DNA of 64,000 nt from Okamejei kenojei (taxonomy: Eukaryota). The stretch's first letter is position 1, and each line of letters starts with the position of its first letter. A program made the translations under genes and the position numbers. The stretch spans positions 7,998,001 through 8,062,000 of the forward strand of contig CM069132.1 of the NCBI GenBank assembly GCA_035221665.1. Direction: 5' to 3'. The notes under the pieces were generated by a model, which saw only the letters and a program-made list of their open reading frames with translations, had not been told where the DNA came from and did not search any database. This document shows positions 37,180 through 50,664 of the stretch, one piece after another.

Positions 37180-37922
37180 CTAAATGGGACAATCGGTTGG
37201 CAAAGCACAAGAGAGGGGCGGTGTGAGAAGGATATAAATAATGACATTTTGGAAAGCAATGATTACTGCTATGGTAAAATAATGTGGCAAAATTGACAGA
37301 GAGCAGGTCCCATAACAGTAGCAACCGATCACTCTGATTTTGGTCCTGATGGTTACAGTCCTAGCTTGTCTCCGATGCCAACACTGCGTACTCCTCCTGG
37401 AACTCTGTCATGCTACGTTAAACCACTATGTGAATCTCCCGTATAGAGAACAGATTCCCAATTAAAGTATCACCTAAAGAAGAGTGCCTCAAGAAATGCA
37501 ACATTTCCACAGTATTGCAATCAGCAGTTTAAATTGTATGCTCATGCTCTACAAGCGTATTTGGTTCCATAATCTTGTGAATCAAATGGGGTTGCTCCAT
37601 CAACTGCCCAGCTGAGGCAAAGAACGCAGGAGGTGGATAATTATAGTTCCTTGAAACCTGCTCAGCAAAAATGTATTGAAATAGGCTGTGCAAATGTTGC
37701 TGCAATTTTCGTACAATTAAATGTAATTGTATCTTATATTTCTCCTGGTTTACGTTTTTTTTTTAAACTATGCGTCCTGCAGCCACACAGAGGATAGAAG
37801 ATGAATCCCTACTTAATTAGTCCAATTTACTGTTGTGTGGATAGCATCTGCCGGGTCTGCTGAGTTGCTCCAGGACATTGTTCATTTGCTCAATATCCCA
37901 GCATCTTGCATCTGCGGTTTAC

Positions 37923-38011
37923 CTGAAACAATGGTTCTTTCTTTGACGACTCTTCGCTAATTTCTTTCAAACAGCCATTGGGATCTTCGTTCATTAATAT
38001 TTGATCCTTGG
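37923..38011 (-). CDS. Candidate internal coding exon of an unidentified host gene (89 nt): KDQILMNEDPNGCLKEISEESSKKEPLFQ
   Basis: Strong acceptor gttttttttttgtag, donor CAG|gtaaac, open frame, unique sequence; phase 1 start, phase 0 end. Confidence 0.6.
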
Positions 38012-39559
38012 CTACAAAAAAAAAACATATATTCAAGAGATTAGATACCATTAGAAAACAGCGATAAGTAATTGCTACAATCTTTGCCAAATCTGAGCAT
38101 CCGATGCAAGCTCTTGAACAGTAAGACTATTTGTGGTCCAACTTAAGTACATCTGGCAGTGGTAGAATAGCTGTTTGAGTATTCTTATATTCCAGGAATG
38201 CTGGGTTAACAAAAAGGGTGCAACAATTACTGATCAGCTTAAACCAGCACCTGCAGTTCCTCCCTGTACAAGGTATGTGCCGTTTAAAAATAAAATTTAA
38301 AAAAACATTTAAAAACACACAAACCGTTCCCCGCAAACGCTCATTGCACTGCGAGACTGAAGTTGGGTCGGGTTTACTGAAATGGCGGAAGTTACGCTCT
38401 GGTGCGTACTACACGTCAGTCCATTGCATTTCGCAGGAGTGGACCATCTTGCTCTGCTCTAAGATCTTTGCTCAAAAGTGCCCAGAACTGCGATGACAAA
38501 TCTAAGCAGTAATCTGGACCACCTATGGCAGAAACAGCTAACTCCTTCAACAGTGGAAAATCCAATTAGTTTTCATGTACAATGCTATTCCTGAGGACCA
38601 GGCAACAGATTCCATTGGAAAGCCACTGGCCCGAGACTGAATTTTGTCTGCGGTATCTTAAACATCCATCGAGCAGCATCAAAAACCACGTCCTAAATGT
38701 TATTCCCTTATCATGTATCTAGACACTGTAAATGGCTCGACTATGAGCATGTATTGTCTTTCCGCTGACTGGATCGCACGCAACAAAAGCTTTTCACCGT
38801 ACCTTGGCGCACATGACAATAAACTGAACTGAACTGACTGGACTTCAAATCCTGTTTGTAACTTTTTAATATTTGAGATCTAATCACCGTATTATCTAAT
38901 TAAATACAAGCTGAAAAATTTATAGTCAATGCCTTGCTGGGTTAGGACAATGTTCGACCAGTTGTACAATCTCGTTCTGTTAAGATTAGATCAAAACACA
39001 ACAGTGCAACATAACTTGATTTACAGAAATGAAAGCCCTCACGTGCAATGTTTTCACTCACGTTCTAATCTAGATTTACAAGAACTGCAGCGGCTGTGGC
39101 TTCAGTAATCCATACTCAGCAGCCTATACATTTTACCAAGCACTCTACACGAACGGAGTCGAATAGCAAATCAAACCAATTTTGCACATTAAATTTGGCA
39201 CATCACCCCTTTTCTGCACAACTTTTAATTGATAACTGACAATCATGTTGCAAAACTTTGATTATTATTTGAAGTATTTTAAAATTGCAAAGGTGCCACT
39301 TAATTTTAATGGGACCAAAATGAACAACTGCTGCCTTGAAACACATTTCTCATAACTACTGCTGGTGAGCGTCTGATCAACAGGGGTCCTTGATCACATG
39401 TGCCGTTTTATTATAAGTATCGTCCGCTCCATCTTGCAGGTTATATTGTTGTTCCAAATAAGTTTTTTTTCTTGTCCATTTGGTATCCTCAATCAAGACA
39501 ATCACTGATTAATATTTGGGTCCATAAATTAACTCCATAAATATGTACAAAATGTTGAT

Positions 39560-40740
39560 AATTGTCACCCGCCCCGACGGCCCAGATGTCAGATCGGCCA
39601 TCTTGAGAGTGAACCTAAAGGAAGCGAATAACCTGGATGAGATCCAGTCAGGTCCTCAGATGCATTCGCAGACATCTTTAGCCTCTCCCTCCTCTTATCT
39701 CGAGGTTCTCACCTGCTCTCAGAAGACCACCATCATCCCAGTGCCGCCGCCATAACAGAAGCATCCACGTCGCGCGGCTGGAAACTGGAAGTATCCTGAG
39801 CTAATTCTGCTACCACCATCATCCATTGCAACAGGTGATGGCTCCCACTGATTGTCGCTGGAAGCTTGCATCCTTTTCAGGACGGACGATGACTGCGAGA
39901 CCAATATTTGTAACAAGATGGACACGAAAAGAAGATGTTCCCAGTGCTAAAGAGAATTAAGGTAGTGTGCCTTAGTGACTAACGTCTGGTGGCTCTGACA
40001 TCCACCATCCTAAAAAGTGCTTTGAGGGACTGGTCATGGCACATATTTTCAGCCTCCCAGACAGCCTTGCCAAATACAAGTGGCCTATCACTTACAGGTC
40101 GACGGGAGACACCATCCTCCTGGAACATCCGCCAGAAATTGCAGAGGGATGTGCATGCAGCCCAGCCTATCACACAATCTAACCTTCCCCAACCCATCGA
40201 CTCCATATGTACTTCAAGCCGCCAGCAACCTCAACAATCGTTCACAACCCTGCCGTTCTATGTTCTCCCCTCTCCAGTTGGGCATAAGATACAAAGGTTT
40301 GGAGGCACGTTCCACCATTCCACCAACATTTAAAAGGCGTTTGGACCGGTTCGTGGATTGGAACGGTTTGGAGGGATCTGGGCCATATGCGGTCAGAGAC
40401 TATTGTAATATGGGGCATCTTGGACGGCACGGGCCAGTGGGACAAAAACGCCTGTTTCCGTGCTGTGTGACTCTATGACCAGATTCAAGAACAGTTAGCC
40501 CCCTCTTATATGCCAAGGATGAGCATCCAACTTTCCAATCTACCTCGATGCAGACCTTGCACATTTTTTGATCTGCACTTTCTCACCAGCTGTAACATTA
40601 TATACTGCACTCAGCTATTCCTTCCACCACTTGATATACTCACATATGGTATGTTTTGCCCGGATGGATAGCACACTAAACAAAGTGTTTCACTGTATCT
40701 CACTACACGTGACAATAATAAACCGAACTAAACCAAATAT
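39560..40740 (+). mobile_element. Old Rex1/Babar LINE fragments
   Basis: Degenerate VALTSTILK and LQR.VHAAQ.IT.SNLP motifs; terminal cactgtatctcactacacgtgacaataataa. Confidence 0.55.
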
Positions 40741-41256
40741 TCTTCCAAACGAAGTCCTTTCAGTTGACCTTTCTGCAGTTCCGCCCTGCACATGGAATAT
40801 TTTCAACAGCCCTCCTACAACTCTCATTTTGTTGTTTTCAACCACATCATCGTACACCCACTCTCGTAATTAAAGGAAATAGACATTAAACATTGGTGAG
40901 GTATTCAGCCGAGGTTAGGGATTCAGTTACCTGCTTGGATTCACAGTAGGATGAAGGCAATGCCCATGGGACTCCCACAATCTATCCTTTTCTACCTTAC
41001 ATTAGTTAATTACGTAAATTAACTTTAAGAAACAGCTTGTGTTTAATGAAGCAAATATTCCTCTGTGGTTTGGCTTCCAGTGCACCTGTTAAAGTGGGTG
41101 TGTGACATAAATTAATATAATTCTGGGTTTACAAATGTGTTGCTAAAGAGTATGTTCAAAACAAGACTTTTGAGGAAACATGAACACACAAGTGAACTAC
41201 AAGTGCCCAGCTTCTATCATGTTCACTCTCTTCAATCTCCATGATTTTGGTAACTA

Positions 41257-41650
41257 TAGACAATAGACAATAGGTGCAGGAGTAGGCCATTCGGCCCTTC
41301 GAGCCAGCACGCCATTCAATGTGATCATGGCTGATCATCCCCAATCAGTACCCCGTTCCTGCCTTCCCCCCATATCCCCTGACTCCACTATTTTTAAGAG
41401 CCCTATCTAGCTCTCTCTTGAAAGCATCCAGGGAACCTGCCTCCACCGTCCTCTGAGGCAGAGAATTCCACAGACTCACTACTCTCGGTGAGAAAAAGTG
41501 TTTCCTCGTCTCCGTTCTAAATGGCTTACTCCTTATTCTTAAACTGTGGCCCCTGGTTCTGGACTCCCCCAACATAGGGAACATGTTTCCTGCCTCTAGC
41601 GTGTCCAAACCCTTAACATGTTTCAATGAGATACCCTCTCATCCTTCTAC
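41257..41650 (-). mobile_element. CR1 3' end
   Basis: TRGHSLRI...FFSPRVVSLWNSLPQ..FKRELD C-terminus; (ctattgt)n tail. Confidence 0.85.
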
Positions 41651-42301
41651 TCTCATATCCTCTCATCCTTTTACGGTCCTGAAGACTCAAGCTGACAAAC
41701 TTGAGAATGCCAATCTTTCTGGTGCTCTTATTTCTTTCCCTCACTATTGCTCATTCCTAAACTTACTGAAAACAATAATTTACACAAAATTATACAATTT
41801 ACTTTAAAGCCTACAAGTTGTTACCAACGCTGGCGTAGTTGCAAGACACTATAAACAGAGGGGGAGATAAGAAACCAAAGATCTTGGTTAGTCACAATTT
41901 GGAATAAATTCTAGCTTGAGCTTAAACTGAAAAAAAAAACCCATTTCATTCAGTTAAATAACCAAATAAAGCTTCATTCCACAAGAAGGGGAATTTACCT
42001 TTGGAGGAAATCCCATTTTCTGTTACCAGTATTATCCAGAAGAAACACTCCATGCATCCTCAAAGACCAGGATATTGCTGAACTGGGGGACTATAGTTAT
42101 GATGAGAGATGGGATGTTCAGTTTATCTCTCTGGAAGATAGGAGGCTGAGAGGTGACCTTATAGATGATTATAAAATCATGAGGTGGAGTGGATAACGTG
42201 AATGATCACAGACTTTTTCCTAGGATGGGAGATTATTCAATAAAATGTTTACGGTCAGAAGGGAGAATGCAAAGCAAATTGAAGGGGCAGATTTTTCCAG
42301 A

Positions 42302-42612
42302 GGGCGGCACGGTGGCATAGTGGTAGAGCTACCACCTCACAGCGCCTGAGCCCCGTGTTCATTCCCGACTACGGGGGCTTGTCTTTACGGCGTTAGTACG
42401 TTCTCCCTGTGACCTACGTGGGTTTTCCCCGAGATCTTCGGTTTCCTCCCACACTCCAAAGACGTACAAGTTTGTAGGTTAATTGGCTTGGTGTAAATGT
42501 AAAATTGTTTTATAGTGTGTGTAGGGTAGCGTTAATGTGCGGGGATCGCTGGTCGGTGCGGACTTGATGGGCCGAAGGGCCTGTTTCCGTGCTGTATCTC
42601 TAAACTAAACTA
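42302..42612 (+). mobile_element. HE1/V-type SINE, full length, inserted in an old CR1
   Basis: A/B boxes, V core, tail. Confidence 0.85.
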
Positions 42613-42899
42613 AGTTGGTTATGGTAATATAAATTGAACTGTCACAGTATTAAGTGGTACCAAGTACAATTAAAACTGTTAAAAGGAATTTGGCAGGTAC
42701 TTGGATAGGAAAGAAGTATAGGCCCTGGGCCGAGCATCGAAAAAGCACCTAGAAATTAACTTTTCTGACCCATGTCTGGTATCTACCTAAAATCTGGCAC
42801 AGATTTAGATAAAATATCATTAAGAAGGAATTCATAACTCGTCAGTGCCAAAAGTTGCACACAAATTAATTAAGATAATTAGAAAATGTATTAGAATAA

Positions 42900-43700
42900 G
42901 TAATAGCGCCCTCTTGTGCTCAATAATAGATAGCTTAATATTACTCGATGGGGAGCTGGATTCCGTACTGCGGGCTATTTACTTCCTGGCTCAGGGAGAT
43001 CACATAACGGGGGTGGGGGGGGAGAGAGAGAGGAGAGGAGGGGGAGAGGAGAGAAGAGGGGGAGAGGAGAGAAGGGGGCGAGGAGAGAGAAGGGGAGAGG
43101 GAGAGGGGAAATGGAGGGGGAGGGGGGGAGAGGGAGAGGGAGAAAGAGGGCGCTAAGGTGGTGGCCGGTTCCGCTGTCGCTCGCAGGCACCAGAGCTTCT
43201 TCCCTCCCCGGCCACAATGCGGTGGCTCCGCGCCCGGAGCGCCGTGGCAACAGTGAGTGAGTGAGTTGCTGGCATGATCCCCGACCCCCTCCTTCTCAAC
43301 GCTCCTGCCCTCCCCGCACCATTACCCCTGGCGGCCCAGCCAATTTGTGCAGCCCAGGCCGTGCTGACCCAGGCCAGACTATCCACACGCTGTGAAAGGA
43401 ACCCTCCCACCCCCGTCCCCTCCCCCTCCCCTCTCCTCCCCCTCCCCTCCCTCTCCCAGCGGCACATTCCTTTTACGGCCACTTCCCACTTTGCAGCTGC
43501 TTCCCATCAGCTGCCAGCAATGAGGGGTAGACTTGGCCATCCCTCAGTACAGCAAAATCGTTCTTGATATTGCTGCGCTGAGAGACAGCCACGTCTATCT
43601 TTCTTGGCTAACAACCTAACCTTCGGCCTCCAAGACGCAGGTAAATCTTCATGCCTTATTTTTGGGTAAAAAATAGCGTCTTCATTGCCGGGAAATATGG
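42900..43700. mobile_element. Probable Tc2/pogo-like non-autonomous DNA element (only the right end is clear)
   Basis: Ends gcgtcttcattgccgggaaatatgg|ta, resembling ccgtattt-type TcMar TIRs; GC-rich interior; left boundary uncertain. Confidence 0.35.
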
Positions 43701-44124
43701 TAATCATTTATTTTTCCCACTATTTTAGTTTAGATTTCATAGGTGGGTATGTCATGAATGGCTAGTTTACAAACAGAAACATTGCGTTTTTATTTGTTTA
43801 TATCAGTACACACGATGTACGAAAGAAAACACTACAATCTCACAATAATAATCATGTCTTGGACCGGTCTCCTTTTTGGAGAACATTGTTACTTCAGTAC
43901 AGTTGGGTATTACTCAAAGTTGAACTCTTTCAAACGTAGGCATGCACAGTAATCTGCAGTTCACTCTCTCGCAAGAACTAGATGACAACTTGCTGAAAGT
44001 TCACAGTAATCATCAATCATACTGTCATGGTTTATTATGGTGTACGATAATCATGTGAGGTTATTTGTACTATTGTTTTGACATTTAAAATCTCTTGCAC
44101 TAACCTTCCTCGGAATCTCCCGTC

Positions 44125-44397
44125 ACCATGATCCCAATGTGCTCCCTGCCTAGCTAGCCTGAAACAAAGCGCGTGATCGGTCAGTAGGCATCCGACTCCA
44201 TGTCAAACGTGCTTTGGTTGGACAATTACTACTCGGAAAATTCGAGGTTTTTCCCATATTTTTATATGGTTTTTTTCTTGACGAGTTTCAGATATGATTT
44301 CTATAATATTTTTACACAATACGTTATAAATATATATAGATATGGGATGCAGGTCACGAAATTAAACAAAAAAGCACCTCGGCTCACGGTCTAGTAG
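44125..44397. repeat. Unclassified interspersed repeat, inverted homolog of 63586-63865
   Basis: Shared blocks tgtcaaacgtgcttt, ttggacaattactactcggaa, tcttgacgagtttcag. Confidence 0.65.
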
Positions 44398-44632
44398 AGG
44401 AATATGTGTTTTAGGCAGGGAAATGGGATGAATGTAGATTGACATCATGCTCAACATGGATGGGTTGGGCCACAAGGGTCCACTATTGGGCTGTACAACT
44501 CGATGACATGCCATTTCAGGATTCTGGTGCAAAAGGCCAGCCCATCTGATGGTGTCTCATCAACTGCTTCTCAACAATGTGGTCTTGAACCATAACGATT
44601 CAATTTAAAATATCCAAAGACTCCTCAGTGGA

Positions 44633-44955
44633 GTCATAGAGTCATACATAGTGGAAACTGGCCCCTCAGCCCAACTTGCCCACACTTGCCAACATGTCCC
44701 AGCTACACCAGTCCCACCTGCCCGCGTTTGGCCCATATCCCTCCAAACCCGTCCTATCTATTTACCTGTCTAACTGTTTCTTAAACGTTGGGATAGTCCC
44801 AGCCTCAACTACCTCCTCAGGCAGCTCGTTCCATACACCCACCACCCTTTACATGAAAAAGTTTCCCCTCAGATCCCTATTAAATCTATTCCCCTTCACC
44901 TTTGTCCTCTGGTCCTCGATTTACCCACTCCGGGCAAGAGACTCTGTGCATCTAA
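44633..44955 (-). mobile_element. CR1-clade (HER1-like) LINE 3' end
   Basis: Tail gagtcatagagtcatac and gggccagtttccac terminus resembling the SINE tail. Confidence 0.65.
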
Positions 44956-46149
44956 TTCCGATCTATGGCGATACAATTACTGGAAAGATTTTAATTTGGA
45001 CTGTTTAATAAAAGGTTTGTGAGAAACGAGTTGTGAGGTGCCTATGTTGAGTCATTGGGAAATACCAAAATACTCGACGCAGACAGTTATCACAGGAAGT
45101 TTACTCATTGACATTTCAGCTTGATTATTCATCGCTCTTTTAATAGCAGAAGATACGAGAGGTGCAGAAAGTTTTTTCTTGAGCTTTACCTCAGGGTCTC
45201 AAAATATGACGTTGAACATAGGTTACCGACAAGCAATCCCTAGGAAGTATTTTGAGTAAATGTAATAAAGCAATTGGAACACTTTAGATATAACTCCCAT
45301 CTCTTTGCAGGCATCTTCATTACACAGCATAAGTGCACACCCTCACGTAATCAGCACTCTACCTCATTCAGTAAATTGTCAGCCATTTGATTTAATAGCA
45401 AGACAGACCTGCCCCTGGCCAATGTCACACTGACCCATATGATTCAGGAAGATCCATGGATGGATTAATTCAGCTCGTCTCAAGCAAGGTATTAGAACTT
45501 CTATCTGAACAATCAGGGCGGAGGTGCATGTCAAATTGTCTTCCATTAAAATAAGCTGACAACTCTGTTTGCTTAGCTGCACACAGAGACATGATGGCTT
45601 AGATGAGACATCACAGTGCTCCAGCAAGAATTACTGCGAATGGGAAAGAAAATAAGTTCTAAGTGAGAATTTTTAAGGGCTAAATTAATTCACTGATTTG
45701 GAGATATTGATATCACACAAATTTTTAATGTACTGAAAAAATACAATGTGCAATCTATACCTTAGTATCAAGGGGAGGAGACTTTCCTGTGGAGCAAAGA
45801 CTGATGAGAGAGCTGAATGAGATGTGCAAAATTACTATGATCCATTAGATTAAAAAAAAATCACAATTCCGTTTTTTCAAGAGATACAGGATTTTGAATC
45901 AGCAATGACACAATGATAGTCAAAGAGGACTTTTGGCCCACTGTCTCTCCGTGTTGACCATCAAGTTTTAAGCAGGGAAATGGGATGAATGTAGATTGAG
46001 ATCTCTTCTGGGGCAATGGTGACCGGTACAAGAGAGTTTGGATTGCATCTGAACTGGAGAGAGACCAATATATTGACAGGGAGATTTGCTAGATCTACCC
46101 CAGGAGGGTCTAAATTACTATGTTGAATTAATCTGGTGAGTCCATGTCC

Positions 46150-48670
46150 TGGTGACCTCAGGACATGGACAGGCATGTAGTGGTTCCAGACGATAGGAAA
46201 ATCACAAATATTACTCTGCTGTTCAAGAAGGGAGCGAACCAGAAGGATGGAAACTATAGGCCAGTTAACCTAACTTCAGTGGTTGGCTTATATAATGAGC
46301 TCATTATTAGGGATGCAGTTTCTGAGTACTTAGAAGTACAATATAAAATAAGCCGATGTCGGGATGGTTTTGTGAAAAGGGAGATCTTGCCTGACGAACC
46401 TGTTGGAACTCTTTGAGGAAGTAAATAGCAGGATAGACAATGGAGAGTCAGTGGATGTGGTTCACCTGAACTTTCAGAAGGCCTTTGATAAGGTGCCGCA
46501 CTGCTAAAAGAGATGAGAGGCCATAGTATCCGAGGGAAGATACGAGCATGAATAGCAGTTTGGCAGAAGGCAAAGAGTGGCAATAAAGAGTGGATGAGGG
46601 GAGACTTCATTGAAATTTACCTAACAGTGAAAGACCTGGATAGAGTGGATGCGGGGAGGATGTTTCCACTAGTGGGAGGGTCTAGGACCCGAGGCCATAA
46701 CTTCAGAATAAAAGGACCTATTTTAGAAGGGAGATGAGAAGAAATGTCTTGAGTCAGAGGGTGGTGCAGCTGTGGAATTCATTGCCACAGAAAGCTGTGG
46801 AGGAGAAGTCAATGGATATTTTTAAGGTGGAGATTGACAGATTCTTCATTAGTACGGATGTTATGGGTTACGGGGGAGAAGGCAGTAGAATGTGGTTGAG
46901 AGGGAATGATAGATCAGCCATGATTGACATGAGTAGACATGATGGTCCAAATGGCCTAATTCTGCTCCTAGAACTTATGAACATAACTGGAGGATGGCTA
47001 ATGTTGTGCTTTTGGTGAAGAAGGGCTGCAAGGAGAAATCAGGGAACTACAGGGAGCCTTATATCAGTGGTGGGTAAATTACTAATGAAACAGAATCTGT
47101 CTGCATTTGGAAAGCCAAGGATTGATGGGGGATAGTAGACATTGCTTGTGATCATTGAATACAAAATTGTGGAAATACAAACTTAGTGGAAGGAGTCAAG
47201 AGTTAGTGGTAAAGGTCAGTTATTCAGAGTGGAGGTCAGTGAGCAGTGGTGTGCCGCTGGGATCTGTGCTGGCACCCCTGCCATTTGCCATATATGGTAA
47301 TGGTTTGGCTAGGAATGCACAGAGCATGATAAATACGTTTGCAGATGACACCAAAACCGGTGGTGTGGTAGACCACGCAGGAGGCCTAGGGTTACAAAGG
47401 CTCTACATCAATTGGGGAAAGTGGACAAAGGAATGTAGATTGAATTTAACTCGATCAAGTGCAAAATTATTCATTTTAGGATGTTAAATCAGGGGATGGC
47501 ATACACAGAGAGCGGCAGGGGCATGACAACTGTTGTAGAGTACCTGGGGTACATGTACATAGCTCCCCGAAAGTGGCAACTCAGGTAGGCTCAGTTGGTG
47601 ATGCTGGTGTATGGCATACTTGCCTATCCAGGTCACAGAGTGCAAGATTTGGAACACCATGTTGCAGCTACATAGGACGCTGGTGAGAACACACCTGGGA
47701 TAATGTGCACAGTTCTGGTTTGCCACTCTAAAGGAAGGATCTGACTATGCTAAAAGCCCTGTCCCACTGTAAGAGTTCATTCAAGAGTTCTCCCGAGTTT
47801 GCCCTGTTTCGAACACGGAGATTTACGGTAATGGCCGCTCATAGGTACTCGGGGCTCTCGTGGACATTTTTCAACATGTTGAAAAATCTTCATGAGTCAT
47901 CCCGAGCTTACTGCGTTTCCTGAGTACCTGCCGTTAACGTTATGAGCCGTTAAGAGACGTCCTCGAGCTCCAGGACTAGAGGTCATAGACTCAGAATTAA
48001 AGGACGTTCTTTTTGGAAAGAGATGAGGAGAAATGTATTTAGTCAGAGGGTGGTGAATCTGTGGAATTATTTTCCCACAGAAGGCTGTGAAGGCCAAGTC
48101 AGTGGATATATTTAAGGCAGAGATAGACAAATTCTTGATTAGTACGGGTGTCAGGGGTTATGGGGAGAAGGCAGGAGAATGGGTTTAGGAGAGATAGATC
48201 AGCCACGATTGAATGGCGGAGTAGACTTGATGGAATGAATGGCCTATTTCTACTCCTATTCCTTATGACCTTATGACTGAGTTATCAGGAGAGACTGGAA
48301 AGGCTGTGTCTTTTTCCCCTGGAGCAAGGAAGCTGTAGGTAACCTTACAGAGTTATATAAAAATTTTGGGAGGCATAATGAAATGAATGGTCACAGATTT
48401 TTCCACAGGTTAGCAGAGTCCAAAACTAGTGGACAGAGATTTAAGGCAAGAGGGGAAACAATTTAAAGCAGACACAAGTGACAGCCTTTTCACACATACT
48501 TTGGTGGGTGTAGGGATCAAGGGGAAGTGGTAGAGGCTGGTACAATTACAAACATTTGTTCTGGAGGATATGGGTCAACACAGGCTACAGGATTAGTTGA
48601 GGAAGGCACTTTTGTCAGCATGTACAAATTGGGCTGAAGGGCCTGGTTCCGTGTTATATAATTCTAGGAT
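46150..48670 (+). mobile_element. Cluster of decayed CR1 LINE fragments (at least three pieces)
   Basis: GNYRPVNLTSVVG, SGVPLGSVL, FADDTKTGG, SQRVVQLWNSLPQ motifs; CR1 tails near 46980, 48270 and 48660. Confidence 0.75.
47754..47972. mobile_element. Truncated Harbinger-like MITE
   Basis: taa|aagccctgtcccactgta left TIR; right end missing. Confidence 0.7.
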
Positions 48671-50014
48671 TCGCTTCATGTGTAAAATTCACCCAAGTTT
48701 TTTTACTGTGTGCTATGAACTGAACATTAGGCAAAGAAATGCCCTGGTATGTGCTATAAAAATATGTAAAATGCATTTAAAACATTTTTAAACAACAAAT
48801 TATCATGTGCCATGTTCAATGTTATTTCCTCACATCATAAATTGCTGTATGGAATGTATTTTGCTTTATTACTTTTTTGATATTTTTCTTTTGATATATG
48901 ATCCCAATTTACCAACTCTCATTTACAACTGCTTTCTCAATCTTTTAATCTTGTAGCATAGGGCTATAGTATAAGTCCTGCTGCATATAAATTACTGCAG
49001 GCCTAATTCAGGAGATGAATTAACTTATTAGATAGATAGATGGACACTGAAAGCTGGAGTAACTCAGCAGATCAGATTAAAGTAGGGTCATGACCCGAAA
49101 CGTCAACTCCAGAGATGCTGTCTGACCCGCTGAGTTACTCCAGCTTTTTGTGCCTATCTTCGGTTTGAACCGGCATCTGCGGTTCCTTCCTACTGGATTA
49201 ATTTCTTAGCACAGATTACACAGAAGAGTGTTTACAGGATTATGAATTGCAGTTAAAGGCTGTGTGTGCAAATGTGTGTTGACTTGACAGTGAAAGTAGG
49301 GAAGACATTTAGAGACTAGTTGTGTGGTTCTTCTGACTTGAACACAGGAAGTTAATTGTGTTATCTAAAATACAGAGTTATATAAAGGGGGAGGACATTA
49401 TTTTTTAAGGATCCAACCTACTCAATCGAAACTGTGAAAAAAGAGGCAATACAAACCACACGAGAACATATGACAGCACCCGTAGTCGGGATCGAACCCG
49501 GGTCTCCGGCGCTGCAAACACTGTAAGACAGAAACTCTACCGCTGCGCCACTGTGCCCCCCTCCCCGTCACCCTGTGACCTGCGTGGTTTTCTCCAAGAT
49601 CTTAGGTGTCCTCCCACACTCCAAAGGCGCACAGATTCGTAGGTTTGTAGGTTACTTGGCTTGGTACAGTTTGAAGTGCCTGATTCCGTGCTGTATCTCT
49701 AAACTAACATAAACGCATTCTAAAATTTGTCAGGGACTGAAATGAGAAATGTCTTCATACAGAAGGTAGTGAACCTCTGTAATTCTCTACTCCAGGGGGC
49801 TATAAAGGCTCAGTCATCGAGCTCATCCAAAGATTCAATAACATCCAGAAATCCTGGGAATTCTTTATGCAGGAAAAATATATTAAGGTAGAAGATTAGC
49901 CATGATCTTGATCTTTAGCAGCCTCAAAGGACCTAAAACTACTTCTGCTCCCATTTCCTATACCCTTATTTACAGTTCAAGTTTTTTTTTGTCAAACCTA
50001 TTATGGTATACTGG

Positions 50015-50640
50015 ATGTTTAAGAAAGAACTGCAGATGCTGGAAAAATTGAAGGTAGACAGAAAATGCTGGAGAAACCCTGCGGGTGAGGCAGCATCTAT
50101 GGAGAGAAGGGATAAGCGACATTTCAGGTCGAGACCCTTCTTCAGGCTGAGGTCGGGGGAGGGGGGCGGATGGTAAAAGAAAGGAAGAGGTGGAGACAGT
50201 AGGCTTGTGGGAGAGCTGGGAAGGGGAGGGGAAGGAGGGAGAAAGCAAGGGCTATCTAAAATTAGAGGTCAATGTTCATACTGCTGGGGTGTAAACCACC
50301 TAAGCGAAATATGAGGTGCTGTTCCTTCAATTTGCGCTGGGCCTCATTGGCAATGGAGGAGGCCCAGGGCAGAAAGGTCAGTGTGGAAATGGGAGGTGTT
50401 GGACGAAACGATCACCGAGCCTGCGCTTGGTCTCGCCGACGTAGAGTAGTTGGCACCTAGAACAGCGGATGCAGTAGATGAGGTTGGAGGAGGTGCAGGT
50501 GAACCTCTGCCGCACCTGGAAAGACTGATTGGGTCCTTGGATGGAGTCGAGGGGGGAGGTAAAGCAACAAGTGTAGCATTTCCTGCGGTTGCGGGGGAAA
50601 GTATCCAGGGAGGAATTGTTTGGGAAGGGACGAATTGTCC
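50015..50640 (-). mobile_element. Penelope-like element fragment (GIY-YIG region plus pLTR)
   Basis: RRKCYTC...QRFTCTSSNLIYCIRCSRCQLLYVGETKRRLGDRF in ORF 50378-50899. Confidence 0.8.
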
Positions 50641-50664
50641 AGGGATGGTCTTTTACTTTGACAT

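Noticed and set aside
44411-45999. About 30-bp direct match (gcagggaaatgggatgaatgtagattga) at 44415 and 45971
   Set aside because: Resembles a CR1-type 3' UTR piece; too short to tell local copying from two independent repeat remnants.
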